64,000 nt of DNA from a virus: IMG/VR virus record IMGVR_UViG_3300008267_012518. One strand, written 5' to 3'. The notes beneath the pieces are model-generated. The model was not told the origin of the DNA and ran no database searches. It was given only the letters and a program-made list of their open reading frames with translations. Made by a program: the position numbers and the translations under genes. This document shows positions 38,870 to 48,328 of this stretch, one piece after another; within the stretch, counting starts at the first letter, position 1; each line of letters begins with the position of its first letter.

Positions 38870-39117
38870 TGAAACATCTTCTTAGATTTGAAGAATTAAG
38901 TGAGGGGGCTCTACCTAGAAAATCAACAGTATCACAACTGAAAAGATTGAGGAAACTCACCAAGGGCACCGACATCGGTGATAAAATTTCCGATATGAAC
39001 AAACAAGGTGCAAATATTCATTACATACACAATCCTGTAGATACTGGTGTAGAATCATATGAGGACTATATTAGTAAAGCTGAACCACAAAAAATTGTAT
39101 CTAGTAAATCCAAATGA
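38869..39117 (+). CDS. Small hypothetical protein with a capsid-targeting-like N-terminus
   Basis: Starts MKHLLRFEELSE. Confidence 0.55.
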   Translation: MKHLLRFEELSEGALPRKSTVSQLKRLRKLTKGTDIGDKISDMNKQGANIHYIHNPVDTGVESYEDYISKAEPQKIVSSKSK

Positions 39118-39662
39118 TTATTAAAACATTTGAAAAATTTATTCTTTTTTTGGAAAAGGATTCGAAAATGTATGAGTATGGGTGTTTGATGGTTTATTTA
39201 AATTTACCATATTGGGATCAATTTTTATCAAAAATCCAACCTGAGGACTTATATCAAACAGATAACGATAGGTATGGTTTAGAAACAGAACCACATTGTA
39301 CTATTTTGTATGGTATACACTCAGATGTAAATGATGAAGATGTATTCAAATTATTTGATGGAATTAAAAAATCCGACTTTGATTTATCGATAGATGGTAT
39401 TGATTGTTTTTATAATAAAGACTATGATGTTTTGAAAATGAATGTGAAATCTGAAAAACTAAATGAATTAAATTCTCTCGCAAAATCATTACCACACACA
39501 TCACATTTCCAAGACTATAAACCACATTTAACTCTAGCTTATTTACAAAAAGGAGAAGGAAGAAAATACATAGATCCAACTTTCATGATGGAAATTAATA
39601 GTATTGACAAAATAGTATATTCTAAACCAAGTGGTGAAAAGATTGATATTACCCTTTTATAG
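39114..39662 (+). CDS. 2H phosphodiesterase, Acb1 (T4 gp57B)-like
   Basis: PHCTILYG and DYKPHLTLAY parallel T4 Acb1 HSTICY and DYTPHITLSY as recalled. Confidence 0.7.
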   Translation: MIIKTFEKFILFLEKDSKMYEYGCLMVYLNLPYWDQFLSKIQPEDLYQTDNDRYGLETEPHCTILYGIHSDVNDEDVFKLFDGIKKSDFDLSIDGIDCFYNKDYDVLKMNVKSEKLNELNSLAKSLPHTSHFQDYKPHLTLAYLQKGEGRKYIDPTFMMEINSIDKIVYSKPSGEKIDITLL

Positions 39663-39809
39663 GATTTGGATGGTATATTCCAAATATTCTAACAACCGAA
39701 TCGAGACCAGAAAAAACTGGTAAGAAACCAAAACTTTTACTCCCCACCAACTATAAATATTAACCATACGAAATACGTATTGGTATAAATAAAAATTAAT
39801 AAAAAAATT

Positions 39810-40760
39810 ATGGCAAATTTAAATGAAATGGATGATTTATTTGGAGGCAATCTAGACAGTAAAATGGACTTCCTAAATGAAAAGAAAAGTGTAAATGCTG
39901 ATGGTATTTATCGTATTGATCTTACCAAAGCAAAAGACAAAAAGAAAGGATATAAATCTATTATTAGATTTCTACCCAATCTGACCAAAGAAGGAAAAGT
40001 TGGTCAAGCCGCAATTGAAAAAATTGCACATTATGTAGACATCAAAAATCAAAAAGAAATCTCTGGTTGGTTTGACTCAGCTAAGAACTTCAATGAGAAA
40101 TGTCCACTTACTGACCTTTATTACAGTATGGTTAATTCTAAAAACGCAATTCTCCAAGAGAAGGCAAAAAGTCTGAAATACACCAAGAAATACTATTCAT
40201 ATTGTTTGGTTATTGAAGATGAACAACAACCAGAACTAGTCGGTAAAATTATGATTTTCCAATATGGAAAAACTATTAAGGATAAAATCGCAGCTGAGCG
40301 AAATGGTGAAATCACTGGTGTTCCTTGTAACGTATTCGATCTTTCTCAAGGTAAAGATTTTGTAATCCTCGTTAAAGAAATTTCTACTGGTGATGAAAGT
40401 TATCCAGACTATAAGAACTCTATGTTCAAACCAGAAATGACTTCTCTCCCAATCTACAACGAAGAGAAGAGTGTTTTCAAAAATGTACCTGTATCTGATG
40501 GTAAAGTTGACGCTAGGGCTCAAGGTATGGTTAAAGATTTCCTTATGAAGAGGGATCACGACTTAGAAGAATTCGCACCAAAGAAACTTACCGATGAGCA
40601 GTTAGTTAAAGTAAATCAGATCACTGCTTATCTTACTGGTAAATCAAGTGGTAATTCTTTCTCAAATGCACCGAGTTCAGATGATTTTGAACTAGAGGGT
40701 ATGGTCACTTCTGGTACTAAAGCCACAGAAGATGAGGATGATTTTTTCTCTGATTTCTAA
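39810..40760 (+). CDS. gp32: T4-like single-stranded DNA-binding protein
   Basis: IIRFLP, CP, KKYYSYCLVIED, GKIMIFQYGKTIKDKI, FDLSQGKDF, acidic tail EDEDDFFSDF. Confidence 0.88.
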   Translation: MANLNEMDDLFGGNLDSKMDFLNEKKSVNADGIYRIDLTKAKDKKKGYKSIIRFLPNLTKEGKVGQAAIEKIAHYVDIKNQKEISGWFDSAKNFNEKCPLTDLYYSMVNSKNAILQEKAKSLKYTKKYYSYCLVIEDEQQPELVGKIMIFQYGKTIKDKIAAERNGEITGVPCNVFDLSQGKDFVILVKEISTGDESYPDYKNSMFKPEMTSLPIYNEEKSVFKNVPVSDGKVDARAQGMVKDFLMKRDHDLEEFAPKKLTDEQLVKVNQITAYLTGKSSGNSFSNAPSSDDFELEGMVTSGTKATEDEDDFFSDF

Positions 40761-40769
40761 TAAATAAAA

Positions 40770-40798
40770 AAAGGGGGAGTGTTTCTACACCCCCCTTT
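40770..40798 (+). terminator. Intrinsic terminator after gp32
   Basis: AAAGGGGGAGTGT-ttct-ACACCCCCCTTT with a single bulge. Confidence 0.75.
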
Positions 40799-40810
40799 AT
40801 AATTTTTAAT

Positions 40811-41605
40811 ATGAAAAATCGAAAATTCAAAGACTTGTCTAATGATCGAGTTGTCAAGGTAACTGATCAATTCGAAGACATCATAATTTTAGATGGTAAA
40901 AATAAAATTAGAATGAACCAATTACTAGATAAAAGACTTTTCGAGGAATATGTTGATCCATCATCTTTCTTCAATAATGAGGGTTTGATAAACTCTTTTG
41001 CGGAACAGATTAAAAAGATACCGTTAGACGATTGGAATAATCGAATACCGGCCGAAGAAATGGGTTACGAAAATAAAGATTTATATCCCAATATGAATGA
41101 AAGTGCTGTTGTACCATATGATCCAGAAATCGAAAAACAAGAATTATTGAGAAAGGCTCAAACAGTTTACAACATGGGTAACACAAATGACCTATTGCAA
41201 AAACAAAAAGAATCTCTTAGGGATATACTGGAAGAAGACGATGAAATATCTCAAACTATAACAAACACTCAGAACATCTCTGTTACATCACAACAAGTTA
41301 GGATGGAAAATATACAACAAGAAACAATACAAGAAAAGAAAATGGATCCCATCCTAGAAATGTTTAAAAATGTAAAAAGGAACACAAGTTTCAAAATAGA
41401 GTTCACTGTTGAAAATAAAATACCAAGAGTTGACTTTATCGAAATGATGGAAGATTCTTACAATACTAGTATCATAGATTTTTTAGCTCAGGAATTCACA
41501 GATGATATCCTCAGAGATCCAACAATTATCAAGGAAAGAATCAAGAAAAAACTAACTGACTTGGTATACCCAGAGGTCGAAAATTTAAAGAAAAGTCATG
41601 ATTGA
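40811..41605 (+). CDS. Hypothetical protein
   Basis: 264-aa ORF. Confidence 0.65.
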   Translation: MKNRKFKDLSNDRVVKVTDQFEDIIILDGKNKIRMNQLLDKRLFEEYVDPSSFFNNEGLINSFAEQIKKIPLDDWNNRIPAEEMGYENKDLYPNMNESAVVPYDPEIEKQELLRKAQTVYNMGNTNDLLQKQKESLRDILEEDDEISQTITNTQNISVTSQQVRMENIQQETIQEKKMDPILEMFKNVKRNTSFKIEFTVENKIPRVDFIEMMEDSYNTSIIDFLAQEFTDDILRDPTIIKERIKKKLTDLVYPEVENLKKSHD

Positions 41606-41987
41606 AGAAAGATTTATTGCAGCTGCCAGAGAAATAAGAAAAAAATACAAACAGTTATCTGATGAACTAGATAATCATAAAGGCGATTTGAAAGAATTGA
41701 CCAATTATTTACAAAATAAAATTGATGAATTAAATTCTTTCAAAGTGGAACTAGCCAAAAAGAAGATAAAGACAAAGGAGGAGATTTTTGAAGTATCCAA
41801 GGAATTATTGAAAAAAATGTCCGAAATAGAAACCCAAGAAAAAAATCTGTCAAAAAAAATTGATGAGGTTGATACAAGAATGTCAAAACTTCGTGATGAA
41901 GAAACTACATTAATGGTGAAAATGAGAGAAAAGTATCCAGAAAAAACACCCGAAGAAATAAAAGATGAACTTCACTCTAGGATCTAA
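41598..41987 (+). CDS. Coiled-coil hypothetical protein
   Basis: 129 aa, E/K-rich heptads. Confidence 0.6.
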   Translation: MIEERFIAAAREIRKKYKQLSDELDNHKGDLKELTNYLQNKIDELNSFKVELAKKKIKTKEEIFEVSKELLKKMSEIETQEKNLSKKIDEVDTRMSKLRDEETTLMVKMREKYPEKTPEEIKDELHSRI

Positions 41988-41989
41988 AC

Positions 41990-42018
41990 AAAAACCCTCA
42001 AATTGTTGAGGGTTTTTT
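41990..42018 (+). terminator. Intrinsic terminator
   Basis: AAAAACCCTCAA-attg-TTGAGGGTTTTT. Confidence 0.88.
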
Positions 42019-42052
42019 AATTTTAATATATATTCAAAATCATTTTTTATAA

Positions 42053-44188
42053 GTGAGAGTTTCAAAATTTGTCAAAGCACACAAGGACATTTTAGTTGAG
42101 TATATCTATGACGATGGCAATAACATAAGTGAAGGCTACAAAGTTTTAGTAAATTCAAGAGAAAATACTTATTCTTTTGTATCTACAAAAACATCTGGTT
42201 CTAATAACACAGAATTGAACCAATTGTTTCCTTTGGATAGAGTTACAGACTACTATGGTATAGTCGATACAAAAAACTATAGTTTTCTACAATATAAAGA
42301 TTATTCGGCTGGTTTTCCAATAAGATTTGATACCATCAAAATACACCTACCAATAAATTATACTTTCGGTGAGTATTTGGGTTGTTATATTAGAGTTTAT
42401 ACTCTAGATACGGATAACAAAAAAGAATATAGTCTAAGTAATTTCTATTATGATCAAACAAATGTAGAACTATCTAAGATCATAAATTTTACAGCACCAC
42501 CACTCAGATTTCAAGAAAAACTTTGGGGTAAATCTTTAGATATAAATGTACCATCTGCTTATTTTGTCTCAAGACAGATCAGTGGAATAGCTCCAAAAAA
42601 CAACACAGTTAATGCAAATTTAACAAATGGTAAGGGTTTAAGTCAAACTGCTCCAATATTCATAGATTTTTCTTTTATAACTAAGAAAACAACGATTAAT
42701 TCTATAACATCATACTATCTGACAACTCCGAAAAAAATAAGTTTTGCACAAACGCCAGAATTCGAAAACTTAGGAGTTAAAATAGAAGAATCCGTGAATG
42801 GTGACTTTTTCGAGATATATGGGATATTTAATGGTTCGTTAGCAGATTTCAAGAAATTTATTGATGACTCTAGACTTCAAGGAAAAAGGTTTCATGTGGA
42901 ATTTGATATCACACTTTTCGAACAAAATATTAGAGGCAAATCTATCAATGTAACAGTAACATCAAATTTTAACGAAAAAGTAGAATATAGACCTATAATA
43001 AAATACACAACCACTACCGCTGTAATAGATGTCGAAATGAGATTAGTTGATACTGTAGACGATTCAATCATTTATAGGAGAGCATCTTACGGGATGTTAC
43101 AAGATGAGGTCAGTAAGTATAGTCTGAACATGACCAAAATCAACATTTCAAGGGCAAACAAACCAAAAATTTACGGTCTGAAGAATTTGACCACAAACTC
43201 TGGAGATATGAGTGGTCTTTTAGGGAATAGAATTTTTCTAGAACCAATTAGAGTTGACAGAACGGTTCTAGTGGATAAATTTAATCTAATAGCAAAGAGT
43301 GATAGTGTTAATGTAGGCAAGAATGTATTTTATGGTTTGGGTAAATTGAAAATTGTGTTACAACCATTTGATAACACATTATTGTTTATAATAGCACGAG
43401 ACATATCCACTGAGCAAACACCTGGTATAAATAATATTGGGGATCTAGCATTTGTTAAAGCTCCAGAATACTTGGATATGAGTAATATGGGGGAAATAAG
43501 TTTTATCATAAAAAATGACACACTCAAATTTGAAACTGGTTTGTATGAAACATCTGGTTCAATAGACTTGACAAGGGGACAATGTGTTTTCAGAATACCC
43601 GAATCAAAAATGAGGGACATAAAGAGTATATTTGAGAGTGGAAGAAATTTATTTTACATAACAAGTAAGTTGAATTCACAGACCGCTGTGATTTATTCAG
43701 GTTTATTCGATATATTTGATAGTCAATCTAATATTGATACAATAAATGCTGAACAAATTGATATTATTAGGAGTGTGGAGCAATCAGAGACACTTATAGA
43801 CACGTATAGTCAAAACACAGCAATAGTCTACAGAAGAAGGATTACCACACCTACAGCTACGGGCGCGACCTCTAGCTCCACTAACTCAGTTACAAACTCT
43901 TCACTACCAGCGACAACAAAACTAGAAGGAGTGACCTATACAATCAATCAAAATTCATCACTTTTAATCGATGGATATGAGTGGACCACACAACAAATTA
44001 AAACTGCACTCGCGCTAGATACAAATCCTATTGGACTATCATTCAGAACAGACAGTTTATTTTCATCAGACAAATTCTTGGATACTCTTTTGGCTCTATC
44101 AAAGAAATTACAAAATCTATTGACCACCACAGAAGAAAAAACGAAATACGAACAGACGCAACAAAATTTCAAAAATACTAATCCATAA
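42053..44188 (+). CDS. Large hypothetical protein, likely virion/baseplate
   Basis: 711 aa, beta-rich; AATATATA at 42025-42032; coupled to the tail-tube-like gene. Confidence 0.5.
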   Translation: MRVSKFVKAHKDILVEYIYDDGNNISEGYKVLVNSRENTYSFVSTKTSGSNNTELNQLFPLDRVTDYYGIVDTKNYSFLQYKDYSAGFPIRFDTIKIHLPINYTFGEYLGCYIRVYTLDTDNKKEYSLSNFYYDQTNVELSKIINFTAPPLRFQEKLWGKSLDINVPSAYFVSRQISGIAPKNNTVNANLTNGKGLSQTAPIFIDFSFITKKTTINSITSYYLTTPKKISFAQTPEFENLGVKIEESVNGDFFEIYGIFNGSLADFKKFIDDSRLQGKRFHVEFDITLFEQNIRGKSINVTVTSNFNEKVEYRPIIKYTTTTAVIDVEMRLVDTVDDSIIYRRASYGMLQDEVSKYSLNMTKINISRANKPKIYGLKNLTTNSGDMSGLLGNRIFLEPIRVDRTVLVDKFNLIAKSDSVNVGKNVFYGLGKLKIVLQPFDNTLLFIIARDISTEQTPGINNIGDLAFVKAPEYLDMSNMGEISFIIKNDTLKFETGLYETSGSIDLTRGQCVFRIPESKMRDIKSIFESGRNLFYITSKLNSQTAVIYSGLFDIFDSQSNIDTINAEQIDIIRSVEQSETLIDTYSQNTAIVYRRRITTPTATGATSSSTNSVTNSSLPATTKLEGVTYTINQNSSLLIDGYEWTTQQIKTALALDTNPIGLSFRTDSLFSSDKFLDTLLALSKKLQNLLTTTEEKTKYEQTQQNFKNTNP

Positions 44189-44787
44189 TGAGGTTATCAT
44201 CACAAAATTCACAATTCGTATTCAATTTACCATCTGATTTTTTACCTGGTGAAATTATTAGCACATATAAACCAATACTAGAAAAAAATTGGGTCCAATA
44301 TGAAAATGTAATTGATTATCTGAATTCTACGATCAAATCTGTGTCTTACCCAGGATTAAATATCACCACACCCGAACAAACCTTAATACGTGGTAAAAAA
44401 AGATCTTATAAACCAGCAACCAACGTTCAAGACATTTTAACATCTAGAGAAATAGACATAACCTTCCGTTCAGTAGACGCAGATTTAAACTATTGGATTT
44501 TATATGACATATTTATTAAACATTATTTAGATGTAATAAATCTTTATATAAATCCGTTTGTATTGACAGCGGTAGATATATGGAGAGATGCCATCTACAG
44601 AATAAAGTTTTATGAAATAATAGCGATGTCTTTGAGTGAAAATAAATTTGACTATAGTCAACAAAAAGTTAATGCAAAGGATTTCACTATAAAATTCAAA
44701 TTCAATTTTTCTGAGGTTGAATTCCTACTCAACAAATCCAAAGTTCTAGAACTCGGATCAGTTCCGAAGATTATCCAAAGGCTTTGA
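44188..44787 (+). CDS. Tail-tube-fold protein (gp19/gp3/gp54-like)
   Basis: IKSVSYPGL, EIDITFRSVD..LNYW, LTAVD, IKFYEI..MSLSE..FDY, FTIKFKF pattern. Confidence 0.55.
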   Translation: MRLSSQNSQFVFNLPSDFLPGEIISTYKPILEKNWVQYENVIDYLNSTIKSVSYPGLNITTPEQTLIRGKKRSYKPATNVQDILTSREIDITFRSVDADLNYWILYDIFIKHYLDVINLYINPFVLTAVDIWRDAIYRIKFYEIIAMSLSENKFDYSQQKVNAKDFTIKFKFNFSEVEFLLNKSKVLELGSVPKIIQRL

Positions 44788-45228
44788 ACCAACCTTGTAT
44801 AACTGCACGTAATCACTACAAATTCCAAAACATTTACTGAAATCATCATCAAAAATTTCTGGTAGTACGGCAATACTATTGATAATTGGTTGTTTACCAG
44901 GGTATACCCACATAAATTTTCGAGAGGTTAGTGTTAGTGTGTCTTCTTGATGCCAGAAAAAGTTCAAATCAAAATTCAGAGACAACAAATGACTAACAAG
45001 TGGTGTATTTTTACAGTGTATCCACAAATTATTTTGTCTCTCTAAAATCCAATCTAAACTTATTGGTGTTTTAGGCTCATCATGACCCAAATAAAGAATA
45101 TCATCAACAATCCATAGATCTATTTCAACATCAAATCCTTGTGACAAGGCATCATCTATATAATCTTGTTGATTTTCTCTATCCGAGTTTCTTCCGTTAG
45201 TATTTCCCCTATGAGATATGTATTTCAT
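44758..45228 (-). CDS. Short GDPD/PI-PLC-like phosphodiesterase-fold protein
   Basis: ISHRGN, FDVEIDL, LGHD, WIHCKN; start overlaps the RLP stop codon. Confidence 0.65.
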   Translation of the reverse strand: MKYISHRGNTNGRNSDRENQQDYIDDALSQGFDVEIDLWIVDDILYLGHDEPKTPISLDWILERQNNLWIHCKNTPLVSHLLSLNFDLNFFWHQEDTLTLTSRKFMWVYPGKQPIINSIAVLPEIFDDDFSKCFGICSDYVQLYKVGSKPLDNLRN

Positions 45229-46457
45229 TAAAAAATTCTATAAGCTAAATCTTCATGAAAATTCTTTACACCCCATTTTTCGATTGCTGCCAAATACTCT
45301 TTTTCAGTAGTGTGTCCATCGATAGATTGTCTCATCGCTCTACCACCAGCTAGTGTGCCCATCGGGTGACCATGCATCGCACCACCAACATTAGCCATCC
45401 AATCATGTGATTTCAGATACTCATTGACGTACTGAACCAATCCTGGATGCATTCCACAACTCAAAGCTGGAACGACATTATACTTCCATAAAACCTCAAG
45501 GGCATCTTTGAGTTCGGTATCATCTTGGTTCATATATCCACCAATCATACCAGCGTGAATTGAATCAACACCGGACCATCCAGCAATCTTACAAAGTACA
45601 GGCCAGTAAATGTGATTTGGAGCACGTTTATCGGTGAAAAACTTATCACCACTTTTCTGAAAATGTATCCAAAGGTTTGGATTTTGTTTTCGAATTGCTC
45701 TAAATACCCCCAATCCACTCCAAACATTTATATGAATTCCGGTTCCACCTTCTTGAGCAACAAAATTAGCTCTTTCGAGAGCATATGGAGAATCACCATT
45801 TATACAAAAGGTATAAATTACATCAGGTGCATTTTTTTGTAACCAGTTAGAAATTAAAGGAACCCTTTGTTTTAAAGAACAGTGGTTTGGATCTCCAAGT
45901 AACTCATCTTCTTTGATAAAGTTGACACCACCATCTACCATCTCCTTGACAGCTTCTAACAGTATTGTTGGTGACATTCCAACCTTTGGTTTGATGATAC
46001 CACCGAAAAACGGTTTTTCATGTGTGTTGGAATATTTTCTAAAACCATCAATACCATACGCAGGTTTCAGTCTAAAACTGTTTTCAATATCTTTTGGTAA
46101 TTCAATATCCAAAACATGACATTGTTCGATTTCTAATATATCAACCTGACCACCAGCAATATGACATAAAATTTGTGAAATACCATCTTCCTCAAGATTG
46201 ATGTTTTCAAAAGGGAAAGCGATTTTTACTATTCCCTCATTCTTGGATTTTAGTACACTCTCATCCTCTAAAATAAAACAAGAATGATCCAAAAACATTT
46301 GGTCGGTCTCCCAAACACTTCTATTGTTTGGATTACCAATGCTTTGACCTATTGCCAAATTCCAAGCGGCATCTCTAAGTGAAGTTTTACCTTTGAGGAA
46401 GTATGTAACTATGAAGTATTTGTCGTAATCTATAATATCAGTAAATATATTGACCAT
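45228..46457 (-). CDS. RuBisCO-like protein (RLP) with a divergent active site
   Basis: IIKPKVG (K175/K177), GVNFIKEDE (K201/D203/E204), DSIHAG, PALSCG, VGGAMHGHPMG. Confidence 0.93.
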   Translation of the reverse strand: MVNIFTDIIDYDKYFIVTYFLKGKTSLRDAAWNLAIGQSIGNPNNRSVWETDQMFLDHSCFILEDESVLKSKNEGIVKIAFPFENINLEEDGISQILCHIAGGQVDILEIEQCHVLDIELPKDIENSFRLKPAYGIDGFRKYSNTHEKPFFGGIIKPKVGMSPTILLEAVKEMVDGGVNFIKEDELLGDPNHCSLKQRVPLISNWLQKNAPDVIYTFCINGDSPYALERANFVAQEGGTGIHINVWSGLGVFRAIRKQNPNLWIHFQKSGDKFFTDKRAPNHIYWPVLCKIAGWSGVDSIHAGMIGGYMNQDDTELKDALEVLWKYNVVPALSCGMHPGLVQYVNEYLKSHDWMANVGGAMHGHPMGTLAGGRAMRQSIDGHTTEKEYLAAIEKWGVKNFHEDLAYRIF

Positions 46458-46496
46458 TTATTTTTTTTATTTTTATATTAAAAACCTAGCATAAGT

Positions 46497-47609
46497 TTAA
46501 TCTCCATCACTGAGTGATATTTTTTTTGTTTTTGATAGGGCTGAACCAATTACTTGGTGCATGTCATAATATTTATATTCCGCTAATCTTCCACCAAAAA
46601 TAAATTTATTATCATCCATTGATAATTTTTTATATTGATCATAAATTTTATTATTTGTGTCATCATTGATCGGATAATAAGCTTCATTGTTTATCGAAAA
46701 GTCCTGTGGGTATTCTTTTGTAATTATGGTATAATTAGTATTTTTGAATTCGAAGTGTTTGTGTTCGATTATTCTAGTCCAAGGTATGTCTTTATCGGTG
46801 TAATTCACACCAGCCACTCCTTGATAGTTATCTACATCAACTAATTCGTTTACAAACTTGAGACTTCTATATTTTAACTTACCGTACCGGTATCCGTAAA
46901 ACTCATCTATCTTTCCAGTGAAAACTATTTTTTTAGCTATACCATTCCAATAATCTTTACTATTGAAATAGTCAACATTCAATTTAATCTCGATTCCATC
47001 TAATATGTTACTCACCATCTGTGTATATCCACCGATTGGAATTCCTTGGTACAGATCATTAAAATAATTATTATCGTAATTAAATCTGAGTGGTATTCTT
47101 TTTATAATAGATACAGGTAAATTTTTTGGATCCGTACCCCATTGTTTGTAGGTGTATCCGTATATGAGTTTTTCATAGATATCTTTACCAACATTACTTA
47201 GAGCAAACTCCTCAAGATTGTTACAAAATTCAAAATTTATTAAATCTTGATTGATCTTTTTTCTGGCCTCGTTTGGTGTAGTAACCCCCCAAAGACCCTT
47301 GAAAGTGTTCATATTGAAAGGTAGATTATAAAGTTGATCCCCATATCTTGCTAATGGTTCATACCGAAAATTATTGAAACTTATAAATCTGTTTACATAA
47401 TCCCAAATACCTTTGTCAGATGTGTGAAAGATATGTGGTCCGTATTTGTGAACATTTATACCATCCAAATTTTCAGTAAATACATTCCCCCCTATATGAT
47501 TTCTTTTGTCTATAATCAGACAACTTTTACCTCGATCTGTCATCTCTCGAGCAAATACAGCACCAAATAACCCACATCCAACGATCAGATAATCGTATTC
47601 ATATTTCAT
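46497..47609 (-). CDS. glf: UDP-galactopyranose mutase
   Basis: GCGLFG, HIGGN, HKYGPHIFHT, YTYKQWG, YQGIP, TRIIEHKHF, GGRLAEYKYYDMHQ. Confidence 0.96.
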   Translation of the reverse strand: MKYEYDYLIVGCGLFGAVFAREMTDRGKSCLIIDKRNHIGGNVFTENLDGINVHKYGPHIFHTSDKGIWDYVNRFISFNNFRYEPLARYGDQLYNLPFNMNTFKGLWGVTTPNEARKKINQDLINFEFCNNLEEFALSNVGKDIYEKLIYGYTYKQWGTDPKNLPVSIIKRIPLRFNYDNNYFNDLYQGIPIGGYTQMVSNILDGIEIKLNVDYFNSKDYWNGIAKKIVFTGKIDEFYGYRYGKLKYRSLKFVNELVDVDNYQGVAGVNYTDKDIPWTRIIEHKHFEFKNTNYTIITKEYPQDFSINNEAYYPINDDTNNKIYDQYKKLSMDDNKFIFGGRLAEYKYYDMHQVIGSALSKTKKISLSDGD

Positions 47610-47620
47610 ATATAAAAAAT

Positions 47621-48322
47621 TTAAAATGATTTGATGATATATGCTGTAGGTGCTATGAAATTCAAGTTCTTCACTTTAAGTCCCCTTTCTTTAAGAAATC
47701 TGTCGACACCAATAGACTCGCTCCACTTAGAGTGAGCATATTCATCAAATACTACTATACCACCAATTGAGACATAATCCCAAAGGTTTACTAAAGTGTT
47801 GTAAGTAGGAACTTCTAAATCGAGATCAATGTATAATATTGATATTTTCAAACCAGGATTATCATCAACATATTTTTTTGATGTTATAGATATATCACCT
47901 TTAACAAGTTCGAAATCTGTTTGTTTGAAACCGTGTCCTTTAAGGTTCTGTTCTAAGTATAATTTATAATCTGAATTATGCTCAAAATTTCTTCCTTGGA
48001 AAAGCGTATCCATGGTTTTACGTTGAACCTCATCATTTATTGTTGATAGAAGTTGAAATGTATCAAACATATCAAACCCAACAACTTTCTTTATGCTATT
48101 TGGATTTAACACTTCTTTCAATTTCAGAAAAGTGTAGAGTCCAGATCCCTTGAAAACTCCACATTCTAGTATGTCACCTGTAATATTTTTTACTTTATTA
48201 TAGATAAGTGTTCTGGCAACGAGTTTCTGAAATACTTTTCTATCATCACTAATTATAAAACCGTTAAAATCATCAAAAATTTTTTGGGTTGTTGAAATCA
48301 TCTCTATAGTTTTTATATCCAT
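47621..48322 (-). CDS. TylF/MycF-family O-methyltransferase
   Basis: GDILECGVFKG, GFDMF, YIDLD, GGIVVFDEY. Confidence 0.8.
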   Translation of the reverse strand: MDIKTIEMISTTQKIFDDFNGFIISDDRKVFQKLVARTLIYNKVKNITGDILECGVFKGSGLYTFLKLKEVLNPNSIKKVVGFDMFDTFQLLSTINDEVQRKTMDTLFQGRNFEHNSDYKLYLEQNLKGHGFKQTDFELVKGDISITSKKYVDDNPGLKISILYIDLDLEVPTYNTLVNLWDYVSIGGIVVFDEYAHSKWSESIGVDRFLKERGLKVKNLNFIAPTAYIIKSF

Positions 48323-48328
48323 AAATTT

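Noticed and set aside
45228-46457. A true CO2-fixing RuBisCO
   Set aside because: E60, N123, H294, R295 and K334 equivalents are substituted, and there is no phosphoribulokinase, small subunit or AMP-pathway gene in the window.
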